Source of the DNA: a bacterium
GTDB taxonomy: Bacteria > Hydrothermota > 32-111
Length of the DNA stretch: 39,016 nucleotides
Assembly: GCA_046484245.1 (NCBI GenBank)
Contig: JAWOBN010000023.1
Span: 1-39,016, forward strand
Direction of reading: 5' to 3'
Shown here: piece by piece, positions 19,871 through 29,867 of the stretch
Layout of the letters: the number at the start of each line of letters is the position of its first letter
How positions within the stretch are numbered: the first letter of the stretch is position 1
Notes under the pieces: generated by a model
Databases searched by the model: none
What the model was told of the DNA's origin: nothing
The model's input: the letters and a program-made list of their open reading frames with translations, nothing else
Made by a program: the position numbers and the translations under genes

Positions 19871-20626
19871 CTATTCAGAAGAAATGATACTCTCCGCAAT
19901 TGCCTCAAAATGTTTCTTTATCTCTTCATTGTTTTCAGCAGGCACCTTTGAATTGTCAGACAGTTCAACGAATTCCTTCATTATCGGTATGCTGGCAATA
20001 ACCTTTCCGCCTAGTTTCTTGCCAATATCCTCACTGCCGAATATATGGGAAATCTCACCGCATTTTGGGCATTTGTAACCCGACATGTTCTCAACTATGC
20101 CTATTATCTTCACACTCATCTGATTGAGGAAATCCAATGCCTTCTTCACATCAAGCAGTGCAATGTTCTGCGGACTTGTGACAATTATTGCTCCGGCAAG
20201 GTCCTTTATATTCTGCAGTATTGTGAGGGGTTCATCACCTGTACCGGGAGGTGAGTCAATGATGAGATAATCCAGTTCACCCCATTCAACATCACTGAGA
20301 AACTGCATAAGCAGTTTGTATTTCAGTGGTCCCCGCCAGATAACAGCCCTGTTCTCGTCATCAAGGAGGAATCCTATTGAAATGACTTTCATGCCGTCTT
20401 TCTCAACAGGGAGCAGTTTGTCATCATCACTGGCATTTAGTTTCTCATTCTGAAGACCCAGCATATGGGGGACTGAAGGACCGTGGAGATCTATATCCAG
20501 CAGTCCCACCTTGAACCCCTTGTTCTTCAGTGCAACAGCTGTATTGACAGCAATACTGGATTTGCCTACACCGCCTTTGCCTGAAAGCACCATTATCTTG
20601 TTCTTTATCATATTAATTCCACTCAT
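19871..20626 (-). CDS. Mrp/NBP35 (ApbC) Fe-S cluster carrier ATPase
   Basis: SGKGGVGKS, DIDLHGPS, WRGP, DSPPGTGD, ENMS..CPKC. Confidence 0.93.
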   Translation of the reverse strand: MSGINMIKNKIMVLSGKGGVGKSSIAVNTAVALKNKGFKVGLLDIDLHGPSVPHMLGLQNEKLNASDDDKLLPVEKDGMKVISIGFLLDDENRAVIWRGPLKYKLLMQFLSDVEWGELDYLIIDSPPGTGDEPLTILQNIKDLAGAIIVTSPQNIALLDVKKALDFLNQMSVKIIGIVENMSGYKCPKCGEISHIFGSEDIGKKLGGKVIASIPIMKEFVELSDNSKVPAENNEEIKKHFEAIAESIISSE

Positions 20627-20627
20627 T

Positions 20628-21401
20628 TTAAACCCCCGGTTTAAATTTCTTGAAATTGTATTTACTGATTAATTCCTCTGCTTTATCCAGACCGAAACCT
20701 ATGTGTGACCGGTCATGTGAATCCGATCCGGTGGAGATAAGCTCACCGCCTGCATCTGAGTATAACTGAAGTATTCTCTCCTCCGGGAATTGTTCGCTGC
20801 AGTCATATCGCAAACCGGATGTATTGATCTCAATAATGCTCCCCTTGGCGACAATTGCTTCAATTATTCTTGCATAGTAGTCCCTGTATCTGTCAAATGT
20901 TTTCTTGTGTGTGAACTTGGAGTATTTCTTATAATAATCCATGTGTCCCAGTATGTCAAAATCCGTTTTCCTGACCAATTCAATCATATGTTTGAAGTAA
21001 GGCGAATAATCCACTGCCTCAATATCATTCTTTCCATCTTCAATTTCACGGATCCACTGTGAAATAACTGTATTATTGACAAAATGAACTGACATTATGA
21101 CATAATCAAACGGGTATCTCTTAATGATATCCAATGTCCTGTCATAATAATAATCCTCGTAAGATGCCTCAATGCCGCAGAAGAGCTCAATATCACTCTC
21201 ATCCTTTAATTGACTGAATACACGGAACTGCTCATCAGGCTCATAGTATTCACAACCCGGGTCATCCTGTGCAAAATCCAGATGGTCAGAGAATCCCAGT
21301 ATGCCTATATTGTTCTGTTCAGCAGTCCTGACTGTCTGCTCCATTGTAATCTCAGAGTCAAATGAGAACCGTGTATGATTGTGCAGGTCAATATACTGCA
21401 T
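20628..21401 (-). CDS. PHP-family (HisJ/HisK-type) histidinol-phosphatase-like protein
   Basis: DLHNHT.FS.D, SDHLD, SVH, GHMD, EINTSG, GSDSH. Confidence 0.88.
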   Translation of the reverse strand: MQYIDLHNHTRFSFDSEITMEQTVRTAEQNNIGILGFSDHLDFAQDDPGCEYYEPDEQFRVFSQLKDESDIELFCGIEASYEDYYYDRTLDIIKRYPFDYVIMSVHFVNNTVISQWIREIEDGKNDIEAVDYSPYFKHMIELVRKTDFDILGHMDYYKKYSKFTHKKTFDRYRDYYARIIEAIVAKGSIIEINTSGLRYDCSEQFPEERILQLYSDAGGELISTGSDSHDRSHIGFGLDKAEELISKYNFKKFKPGV

Positions 21402-21422
21402 AATACTCCTTCTGAAAAATAA

Positions 21423-22778
21423 TCATGATGACTCCTTCAGTTTATTGAGTGTACTCAGAAGGAAGAAGTATGCGGTAATACCCGAGATAATATTTGCAAT
21501 GGCACCGGCAATGAAAATACCCCTTATGCTGAAGTATTCCTTCAGTATGAGTGCCAGGGGGATGTATATAATAAACATCCTGAATATTGACAGTGAGGCG
21601 CCGTGCAGCGGTTTATTGAGAGCATTGAAAGCATTGACAGTAAGACGCAGAATACCCTGGAATCCGTATGTGAAGGAAATAATCAGCAGATACATTGCGG
21701 TGATCCCGGTGATTTCCGGATTGTCATTGAACAGCGATGCAATGGGGCGGGCAAATGGTATGAATATTATAAGAAGCAGGAAGCCCCAGATTATTGAGGA
21801 TACATCAAGGAATCTCACTGCTTTCTTGATTCTCTCAAATCTGCCTGCACCGTAATTCTGGCCTGTGAAAGGCGCCAGGATTGAACCTGCGGAATTGACA
21901 AGCAGGAGTGCAAACATCTCAATTCTGGTTGCAACACCGAATCCGGCAACTGCATAATTGCCGAATGATGACAGCATTCTCGTTATAATTGCCATTGAGA
22001 GCGGCAGAATGAAGCGTGTGGCAGATGCCGGTATGCCTATATAAAGCATTTCTTTTGATGTTTCAATAAAATGGCTGAGAACCGGTTTGACGGGCTTCAG
22101 GAGGTGTTCCCTCTTTGCAAGGATCAACAGTGTTATTATCATTGCTACTGAACGGGCTATTACTGTGGCAAGTGCTGCTCCCGCAATCTCCATGCGGGGG
22201 AAATGCCAAAGACCGAATATAAAAAGAGGGTCAAGTATTGCATTGATTGTCATTGACGAGAGCATAATGAATGCGGGTGTCTTGGCATCACCTGTTGCTC
22301 TGATAATATTATTCCCGGTCATCGGTATGACAACAAAGGGTACACCGAAGTACCATATGGACATGTATCTGGATATAAGCTGCAGTATATCATTGCCGGC
22401 ACCCAGCAGTGTAAAAAGCGGATTTATTGTGAGCAGACCTGCTGCAGCCAGTATGACTACTGTTGAGAATGAGAATAAAAGAATGTCATTTGTTTTACGC
22501 GCAGCTTCATCAAACTCCCTTCTCCCTATTGCTCTTGATATAATTGATGATGCGGCAATACCCATTCCAAGAGCAATTGAATTGACACCCAGTACAACGG
22601 GGAATGTGAATCCGATTGCCGCCAGAGGATCAGCGCCTAGTCTGCCTATGAAGAATGTGTCTATAAGATTAAAGCCTATCATGCCTATCATACCCACAGC
22701 CATCTGCATTGTCATCTTTGACAGTGTGGGGATTATTCTGCCTTCTGTAAGTTTGCTGTTGTTAAGATTCTTCTTCAT
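21423..22778 (-). CDS. MATE family efflux transporter
   Basis: DTFFIGRLG, RATGDAKTP, NAILDPLFIFG, GAALAT, GQNYGA. Confidence 0.93.
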   Translation of the reverse strand: MKKNLNNSKLTEGRIIPTLSKMTMQMAVGMIGMIGFNLIDTFFIGRLGADPLAAIGFTFPVVLGVNSIALGMGIAASSIISRAIGRREFDEAARKTNDILLFSFSTVVILAAAGLLTINPLFTLLGAGNDILQLISRYMSIWYFGVPFVVIPMTGNNIIRATGDAKTPAFIMLSSMTINAILDPLFIFGLWHFPRMEIAGAALATVIARSVAMIITLLILAKREHLLKPVKPVLSHFIETSKEMLYIGIPASATRFILPLSMAIITRMLSSFGNYAVAGFGVATRIEMFALLLVNSAGSILAPFTGQNYGAGRFERIKKAVRFLDVSSIIWGFLLLIIFIPFARPIASLFNDNPEITGITAMYLLIISFTYGFQGILRLTVNAFNALNKPLHGASLSIFRMFIIYIPLALILKEYFSIRGIFIAGAIANIISGITAYFFLLSTLNKLKESS

Positions 22779-22906
22779 AGATATATAAATATATTTATAT
22801 ATAATTCAATGTCAAGAATTGTCTTTGTAAAAGCTCATGAACATTTTTACTTGACAACGGATTTAAATTCTCTACAATATCATAAATCTGACAATGGAAG
22901 TTCAAT

Positions 22907-23272
22907 ATGGGTAAAACTATTCTGATAATTGATGATGAGCTGATGATAACAGATATTCTGTCAAAGATCATCAGCAAGATTGAATTTGATACGCATGTCT
23001 GCCGTGACGGTAAAGAGGCAATGCAGTATTTCAAGGACAATCATCATAATATCGCCCTGACAGTACTTGACATGATAATGCCCGGAATGGATGGCAGGGA
23101 AACATTCAATGCCATACGGGAGATAGACCCCTATGCCAAGATACTTATTGTTTCCGGCTACAGTTCGCAGGAGGATGTGAGTGACCTGCTGGAAATGGGG
23201 GATGCTGAATTCCTTGAGAAGCCATTCAGAAGCAAACAGCTTATTGATGAAATAGAGAAAATGATTGATTAG
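22907..23272 (+). CDS. Single-domain response regulator (receiver)
   Basis: ILIIDDE, LDMIMPGMDG, SGY, FLEKPF. Confidence 0.9.
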   Translation: MGKTILIIDDELMITDILSKIISKIEFDTHVCRDGKEAMQYFKDNHHNIALTVLDMIMPGMDGRETFNAIREIDPYAKILIVSGYSSQEDVSDLLEMGDAEFLEKPFRSKQLIDEIEKMID

Positions 23273-23940
23273 AGCTTCTTGCTGAGATATCCCTTAATAG
23301 TATTGATTCTCTCAGCCATAATGTCGGGCTGATGTGAATCAAAGCTTATCTCCACTGCAGATTCAATGGGACTGTATGAGAATATGAAGAGCTGCTCGGC
23401 AAGCATTGAAGCTTCCTCAATATTATGAGTGACGAATATGACGGTTTTGGGATATTCCTCAAGTAAGGCCAGAAAAATATCAATCAATCTGTTCTTCAGT
23501 ATATAGTCCAGGGATTTGAAGGGTTCATCCATGAGTAGTATATCTGAATTTGCTGTGAATGCCCTCGCAATATTTACTCTCTGTTTCATACCGCCGCTTA
23601 ATTCAAAGGGGTAATTATCCCACTTGTCGGACAATCCGCTCATTTCGGCAATTCTCTCAGCAAGGTCTTTGTTGTCTGAATTCAGCAGTATGTTTTCTCC
23701 TGCTGTCTTCCATTTGAGGAGGCGGGGTTCCTGAAATATGTAGGCAATACTTTCTGATTGCAGAACTTCGCCGGAATAGTCATTGTCAATACCGGCAATA
23801 ATGTTGAGCAATGTTGTTTTGCCGCATCCTGATGGACCCAGTATGCAGTTTACACTGTTTTCAGAAAACTCAATACTGAAATCCCTGAATATATCATTAT
23901 TGTCAAATGATTTGCCCAGATGCAATACTGTAAGTGTCAT
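23269..23940 (-). CDS. NitT/TauT-family ABC transporter ATP-binding protein
   Basis: GPSGCGKTT, FQEPRLL, LSGGMKQR, LLMDEPF, VTH. Confidence 0.92.
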   Translation of the reverse strand: MTLTVLHLGKSFDNNDIFRDFSIEFSENSVNCILGPSGCGKTTLLNIIAGIDNDYSGEVLQSESIAYIFQEPRLLKWKTAGENILLNSDNKDLAERIAEMSGLSDKWDNYPFELSGGMKQRVNIARAFTANSDILLMDEPFKSLDYILKNRLIDIFLALLEEYPKTVIFVTHNIEEASMLAEQLFIFSYSPIESAVEISFDSHQPDIMAERINTIKGYLSKKL

Positions 23941-24692
23941 CTGCCTCTCCAGAAAACCATCCTGTTCTCAACAGCTCTTAATGTGATTTCAATGATGTAT
24001 GCAATGATAAGAGCTGTAAATGTCCATGCGAAGAGCCTGTCTGTCATTATATAGACCCTCGCATTGTCCATCAATGTGCCTATACCCAGTGCAGGTAAAG
24101 CCAGTACCTCTGCTGCAATTATCCCCTTTATCCCCATGCCTATTCCATGAGACACTCCATTGAATACAAATGGAAGGGATGAGGGAATGTATATGTCAGT
24201 GATCTTGCGCATTGAACCCAGTCTGTACAGTTTCGCCATTTCAATGAGTTTATTGTCTGTTGCATTTATGCCGTCAAGAATATTGATTGTGATTACTGGA
24301 TACATTATGAGTATGCCGATGAAAACAGGCACTATATCAGCTCCGAACCAGATAAGGGCAATAAGTATAATGGATATAACAGGCATTGATCTGAGGAAGA
24401 TTATCATTGGACCGAGTACTGGTTTGAAGAGTGAGGAAGAGTGGATGAGCAGTGCAGTGACTGCTGCAAGAATCAGGGACACAGCAAATGCAATGGCTGT
24501 TCTGAAAATCGTAATCAATATTACCCTGTAGAACAGTGATGTCCCGGCTATACTGACAAATGCTCTCATGACGCCTGCAGGTGAGGGGACAATATATATA
24601 TTGGAAACAATCAATGCTGCTGTCTGCCATATTACAATAATGACTGTTATGCCTGCTATACGTTTCCACTTATCTGCTGATAAAAAATTCAT
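23937..24692 (-). CDS. NitT/TauT-family ABC transporter permease
   Basis: VPSP, LIEMAKLYRL, PSSLP, AAEVL, GIG. Confidence 0.9.
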   Translation of the reverse strand: MNFLSADKWKRIAGITVIIVIWQTAALIVSNIYIVPSPAGVMRAFVSIAGTSLFYRVILITIFRTAIAFAVSLILAAVTALLIHSSSLFKPVLGPMIIFLRSMPVISIILIALIWFGADIVPVFIGILIMYPVITINILDGINATDNKLIEMAKLYRLGSMRKITDIYIPSSLPFVFNGVSHGIGMGIKGIIAAEVLALPALGIGTLMDNARVYIMTDRLFAWTFTALIIAYIIEITLRAVENRMVFWRGR

Positions 24693-25623
24693 TGCCCGGT
24701 ACAGTCCCTCCTGACCATCTCTTATCGTAATTGTGAATGAACCGCAGATATTTCAGTATCTCATCCCTGAAACTGTCTGCAGGCATATTGACCATACTGC
24801 AGCGCCCTGCAAATCCTGAATCAGGTTCAATATCATCAGGCAGAATGCTGAACTTGCTGTATAATGAGTTAGCACTGTCATATTCACTATTGGCAAAATC
24901 AACCGCATTGTCATAGTACAGAAGGAATGAATCAATGAAATTCCTGTTGTTTTCAAAAAAATCATTCCTCACTGTCAGAACGCCCTGTATAAGCATCAGG
25001 GTATCCTGATGGAGGGAATCCCACACTGCACTGATATCAATAAGCCGTTTGATGGAATCATTCCTCCTGTTTGTCAGAGTGACAAAGGGTTCAGGTATCA
25101 GGGCTGTTTCTGCAATACCGGCAAGCAGAGCACCGGAAGCAGCAGAGTGGTTTTTGTATTTGTAGATTATCTCCGTATCCCTGTCAGGGTCTATGCCGTG
25201 TTCTGAAAGCAGTATCCTCAGCAGTATCTCAGGTGTGCTGCCCTTTGCTGTAACGATTATTTTCCTGCTCCTGAGATCATATATGGAATTAATGGCAGTA
25301 TCATTCCCCACAATATAGAGCACTCCCAGTGTATTGACTGTGAGGAGTCTGATATTGCCGTGTGTATTGTAGAGAATGGAAGCGAGATTAAGCGGCATAG
25401 CGGCAATATCAGATGCATTGTCCAGTACAGCGGCTTTCACTCTCAGGGGACTGTCCACTATGTGATAATCAATGGTTCTGCCGCCAATACTCCTGTGATT
25501 CTCCATCATATATGACATTGCCATGCCTGTGGGGCCCTTCAATGTATATATGTCAATGGCCTCCGGACTGCTGCAGCCGGATATGAGAATGATTATTGTG
25601 CTTATCACATAGAGATGCTTCAT
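24670..25623 (-). CDS. NitT/TauT-family ABC substrate-binding lipoprotein
   Basis: Lipobox ISGC; LKGPTG, NTLGVLY, GSTP, PEPF. Confidence 0.85.
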   Translation of the reverse strand: MKHLYVISTIIILISGCSSPEAIDIYTLKGPTGMAMSYMMENHRSIGGRTIDYHIVDSPLRVKAAVLDNASDIAAMPLNLASILYNTHGNIRLLTVNTLGVLYIVGNDTAINSIYDLRSRKIIVTAKGSTPEILLRILLSEHGIDPDRDTEIIYKYKNHSAASGALLAGIAETALIPEPFVTLTNRRNDSIKRLIDISAVWDSLHQDTLMLIQGVLTVRNDFFENNRNFIDSFLLYYDNAVDFANSEYDSANSLYSKFSILPDDIEPDSGFAGRCSMVNMPADSFRDEILKYLRFIHNYDKRWSGGTVPGNEFFISR

Positions 25624-25703
25624 AATATATATAATAGATTGATATATTGTTCAGTCAAGTGAATTGACATTCTGTCTGTATGATTTACAGAGGGATATCC
25701 TGC

Positions 25704-26300
25704 TTAAAAAAAATTCAGTAGAATGCCTGCACTGAGGAATGAGTCCAGTGTATTGTGGAAAGAATGATAATAATGAATGGTGAAATCCATCAGGTCATTA
25801 ATTCTATTCCTTCCGCCTATCATTATGCCGTGAGAGAAATATACATTGGATACCTCATATGTAGTATTCAAATCATAATGCTCATTGATTAATGTATTGG
25901 AATAATTCTTATATCCGGGACCTGCTGCATAGTAGATGAACTGGAATCCGTCAAGAAGATATACCTGGGCGCCTGTGCCAATCAGAGTCAGGGAGGTGAT
26001 ATCCCTGTTTATTGTCACTCCGCTGAACACTTCATTGTAGTTCTCCCGGGCATTGAAGAACAGCGGTGTATTCAAGAATGCAGCTGACTGATAGAGTGAA
26101 AGAGAAATATGTCTGTATATCCTGTACTCGGCAAATACTGATAGTCCGAGCCGGCCGTATCCGCCCCTAGCAATAGTCTCTGCTATGGGATTGGTTATCA
26201 TAATGCCTGTATTGAGTCTATTGCCCGGAAAACCCCAGTTGCTTTTAGCAGCAATCCCTATGAATATGAGGATAATTCCAATCAGCAATAATCTCTTCAT
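25704..26300 (-). CDS. Hypothetical exported protein, possible small outer-membrane beta-barrel
   Basis: Signal peptide, alternating aromatic/Gly strands, C-terminal Phe. Confidence 0.5.
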   Translation of the reverse strand: MKRLLLIGIILIFIGIAAKSNWGFPGNRLNTGIMITNPIAETIARGGYGRLGLSVFAEYRIYRHISLSLYQSAAFLNTPLFFNARENYNEVFSGVTINRDITSLTLIGTGAQVYLLDGFQFIYYAAGPGYKNYSNTLINEHYDLNTTYEVSNVYFSHGIMIGGRNRINDLMDFTIHYYHSFHNTLDSFLSAGILLNFF

Positions 26301-27103
26301 AAACTGTCCCTTATCATTTTCATGGCATTGACAATACCTGCGTTGAATGCTGACATATGGGTCTGGGAGGGGAAATAGTCAAATACAGCATTAAATCCTC
26401 CATAATCCCTATCACTGAGCCTCTCCTCCATTGCTTTTACACATGCTGTCATACCGTCTGTCTCCAGTTCACCGATTGACATATAGAGGAAGCTGTTAAG
26501 TGAATCATTAAACCGTGCATATTCATTTTCATAAAAAAAGATGTTCTGTGAATCCCAGTACAGTGCAGGGGAAAGTGCAACAGCACAGTCAAATGGATTT
26601 GAGTTGATAGAGGCAAATAACATATATGTTGAGAATAGGCCCCCCAGAGAGTGCCCTACAATTGTTCTTTTAGTATTTACAGGTATCTCTCCGCATCTAT
26701 ACTGCAGGACAGAATCTGCCCGCGGCAGAACCATCTGCAGAATAAATGATATGAATATGTCTGCTCCTCCGCTTTCAGTAAAATGCAGGCAATCTGAGCA
26801 AGGGGTGAAATCCATTACTCTTCTGTTATCATCCGGATATCCTATACCCACAATAAGATAATTATCCAGGTAGAGAGATGCATAATGTATAACATCCTCT
26901 GTCCTTGTATCACCATCTGTGACAACAAGTACATGAACAGTACTGTCGGATACTATGGTATTGGAAGAAAAATACAAATTGTAATCTTCAAAAACATTGC
27001 TCCTGATTGTAACAGTGTCATACCGGGGTTCTTCTGTCAGGTAACATGCCAGAGACAGCAACAGAATTATCAGTATTATTAATGCAAGTTTCTTCATAAA
27101 CAT
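26297..27103 (-). CDS. Alpha/beta-hydrolase esterase (IroE/BesA-like) lipoprotein
   Basis: Lipobox SLAC; VGIGYP, R..DFTP, GGA..F, GHSLGG, SPALYW, catalytic His in QTH. Confidence 0.85.
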   Translation of the reverse strand: MFMKKLALIILIILLLSLACYLTEEPRYDTVTIRSNVFEDYNLYFSSNTIVSDSTVHVLVVTDGDTRTEDVIHYASLYLDNYLIVGIGYPDDNRRVMDFTPCSDCLHFTESGGADIFISFILQMVLPRADSVLQYRCGEIPVNTKRTIVGHSLGGLFSTYMLFASINSNPFDCAVALSPALYWDSQNIFFYENEYARFNDSLNSFLYMSIGELETDGMTACVKAMEERLSDRDYGGFNAVFDYFPSQTHMSAFNAGIVNAMKMIRDSL

Positions 27104-27320
27104 ATTATATGTGAATCATGTATTTTATCAATACAAATATAATTCAGGCATGTTATTCCCACGAAAAAATGTCCCTTTTTTACAATAAAAAAATATCACC
27201 TAAAATCATATAGAGATTACCTAAATAATAATGTAGTATAAAGAGTTCTTATGGAGAAGCCCTCTTTTTCCCATTGTAAATTCTCATTATCTATCAGTGA
27301 GTCTATCCTTATACCTTCGC

Positions 27321-27478
27321 TCCAAATCCCAGGGACAGCTCTTTACAATTGCAAGATTTATCAAAAATAAGTAATTGTAAGTTCAATAATAACTTTAATT
27401 AGAAAACAGGGAATCATAAGTAAAGTAATAATTAAATATAGAAGTTTCATATGTAAAGGACTGTCCCCGGGATTTGGA
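27321..27478. repeat. 158-bp long-inverted-repeat element, copy 3
   Basis: Arms TCCAAATCCCAGGGACAGCTCTTTACA / TGTAAAGGACTGTCCCCGGGATTTGGA; same length and core motif as the other copies. Confidence 0.92.
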
Positions 27479-27620
27479 CAGAAAATTGTGTAAAGTAAGT
27501 ATTAGTTGGCCTTATAGCGGATATGGTACGTGTTCTGCTGAAATATCTTTGATATCTTCCGCCTCCGTCCATTATCGTTGTGCGAACTGCGTTTTGCGTG
27601 ATGCGTGGCAAATTTGGATT

Positions 27621-27644
27621 AGGTTCAAATTGTTGAACCCCTAC
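27621..27644 (-). repeat. GTAG-type REP palindrome
   Basis: Minus strand reads GTAG-GGGTTCAA-CAAT-TTGAACCT; near-identical copy at 33499. Confidence 0.75.
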
Positions 27645-27815
27645 CATTTATTGTAATGATCAGTGCATTATCCGTATATATTGTGTGGTGATGGGATATC
27701 TTTTTTCTCAAAAAGGGACATTTTTTAATTGTAATTTCAGGGGACATTTTTTTTGGGAATAACATTGCCCTCTTGCTTCTTGATAATACAGGTATTTATG
27801 ATAAAATAAAATATT

Positions 27816-29867
27816 ATGAGAAAACTGATTATTATAATGGTTCTGCCTGTTCTTATAGTTGCAGGCATACTGGAAGGCATATCCAGCAGCGGTGATGATA
27901 TTAACAAGTTCTACGGGGTAATGGACTCAATCAGGCCATATACCAACAGGGAACTGCTCCTCAGATCAGATATTACCCAGCATGATATGGTGAAGATGAT
28001 GGAGGTGCTCACATACGGACAGTACAGGAGTGTTGTGGAAACACATACAGGTGAGATGCTGTCTCTTGATAGAAAAGAACTCTATCCCGGTTTGAAAAGG
28101 ATGAAATCGGATAATTATATAGAACATTTTATAAAGATAAAATCATTCTTTGAAGACGGTGATTATGACAGTGCACATGCCTATATATCATTGATACGGG
28201 AAATGGATGAGCATAGACTGGACAGTGTAATGGATATCACTGAAGCTGTTATTCTGTACTCAGAGGGGTATTATGACAGTTCCATTGCAATTGCCGGCAG
28301 TAACAATGATGATTATTCACTGTATATAAGAGCTATTGATAATTACAGGCAGGGTAATATTGACTCTGCTTTAGTATTGCTCAGGTCTGTTTCTAATAAA
28401 CAGATTATGCCGTCAAAATACATATTGGTGACAGAGATGTTTCTCTCCAAGAGGGAGTATAATAATGCTCTTGATTATGCTGATCTCTTCATAAATAATT
28501 ATCAGCAGTCAGCTGAATTCTACTATGTACTCTATATGAAAGGCGATATCCTTTATAAGAAGGGGTATTTCAGGAAAAGCATTGATGAACTCATGACAGT
28601 GGCCGAAAAATCCAAGAACAGTATTTTAAAGGGCAATGCATATTATCTCATAGGAAAGAATTATTTCATGCTGGGTGATTACAGCAATATGGAGAAATAT
28701 CTCTCCTATGTCAAGAATCCTCTCATACCTTCTGATTATGAGAGAAATGCACAGTTCCTTGACGGCAAGGGTATGTTCTTTGACGGCAAATACAGTAAAT
28801 CCATAGAGAAACTTGAGCACTTTATTGATGAATATCCCGATGATTTCCTCACCCCCTATGCATATCAGATACTGGCTCAGAGTTACTTCTATCTGGAGGA
28901 GTATGACAATGCACTTAAATACATCAATTCAATAGAGAATCCTGAATTTGTTGTGGATAAACTCATTCAGATGAAGTATTTCATTGATTATAAGAATGGT
29001 GTGTATCCTGACAGTATAACTGCCTGGAAGGAATTCTTAGAGAATGAGAAGAATAATCCGCTGAGGAATGAGGTGTATCTGCAGATTTTGAATAATACAG
29101 ATGACAATGCGGAAAAACTGGATTACCTCAAACAGTATATTGATGAATTCCCCTCTGACAAGGCAACACCGCAGCTCTTTGCCCAATTGATTGATTATAT
29201 TGTATTCTATGAGCATTTTGATGAACTGTACTATATCATGGACAGGTTTGCCAGGCAGTTCCCCGATATGAAATCCGCCTTTATTGAGAAAATTATCACA
29301 AAGATGTATGAACTGGAGATATATGAGCGTATTGTGGATTTCTATACAAGATATTCCCGGGAGGGTGAAGATGATAATCCCGAAGTGCTCTTTCCTGTCA
29401 CAAAAGCATTGTTCAAGATGATTAATCCCGAGGGTGCTGTTATACTGATAGAGAATACAATTGAAAATATGCCTCATAATGAGAATGAATATATTGACTC
29501 CATGTTTATTGTACTCTCTGATTATTATAAGGAGAGCGGCAAGATTGATGAACTGGACGATTTGATAGAACAGACATCATTGCAGGAGGACAACTCACTG
29601 AGGGCTCATCTATTGCTCAGAAAGGGCATACTGCTCAGAAAACTCAAGAATTATGAAGCATCTGTCAATATACTCATCAGGGGAGCAGAACTTTTCGGAG
29701 AACAGCGTGACAATGCAGCAGAATTGCTCATTGAAGCAAGCCGTTCTGCTTATCTCAATAATGACAGTGAATATGCCCGCATGCTTCTGGAGCGGGCGGA
29801 ATTGCTTGCTGCAAGAACAGATCTGCTCAACAGGATAAAGGTGGAATATGAGAGAATCAAACAGTAG
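27816..29867 (+). CDS. Exported tetratricopeptide-repeat protein
   Basis: Signal peptide; repeated helical motifs such as AYYLIG, F..EYPDD..TPYAY. Confidence 0.75.
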   Translation: MRKLIIIMVLPVLIVAGILEGISSSGDDINKFYGVMDSIRPYTNRELLLRSDITQHDMVKMMEVLTYGQYRSVVETHTGEMLSLDRKELYPGLKRMKSDNYIEHFIKIKSFFEDGDYDSAHAYISLIREMDEHRLDSVMDITEAVILYSEGYYDSSIAIAGSNNDDYSLYIRAIDNYRQGNIDSALVLLRSVSNKQIMPSKYILVTEMFLSKREYNNALDYADLFINNYQQSAEFYYVLYMKGDILYKKGYFRKSIDELMTVAEKSKNSILKGNAYYLIGKNYFMLGDYSNMEKYLSYVKNPLIPSDYERNAQFLDGKGMFFDGKYSKSIEKLEHFIDEYPDDFLTPYAYQILAQSYFYLEEYDNALKYINSIENPEFVVDKLIQMKYFIDYKNGVYPDSITAWKEFLENEKNNPLRNEVYLQILNNTDDNAEKLDYLKQYIDEFPSDKATPQLFAQLIDYIVFYEHFDELYYIMDRFARQFPDMKSAFIEKIITKMYELEIYERIVDFYTRYSREGEDDNPEVLFPVTKALFKMINPEGAVILIENTIENMPHNENEYIDSMFIVLSDYYKESGKIDELDDLIEQTSLQEDNSLRAHLLLRKGILLRKLKNYEASVNILIRGAELFGEQRDNAAELLIEASRSAYLNNDSEYARMLLERAELLAARTDLLNRIKVEYERIKQ

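Larger units (their letters stand above)
27151..27764. mobile_element. Non-autonomous transposon-like element (MITE-like) with TGT...ACA ends and subterminal repeats
   Basis: Left end TGTTATTCCCACGAAAAAATGTCCC versus right-end reverse complement TGTTATTCCCAAAAAAAATGTCCC; imperfect IR of ~50 bp with repeated AAAAAATGTCCC; no transposase ORF and no clear TSD. Confidence 0.65.

Noticed and set aside
27447..27656. Short ORFs 27447-27647 (-) and 27474-27656 (+)
   Set aside because: They run through the REP and the palindrome arm, have no RBS or recognisable motif, and are probably spurious.
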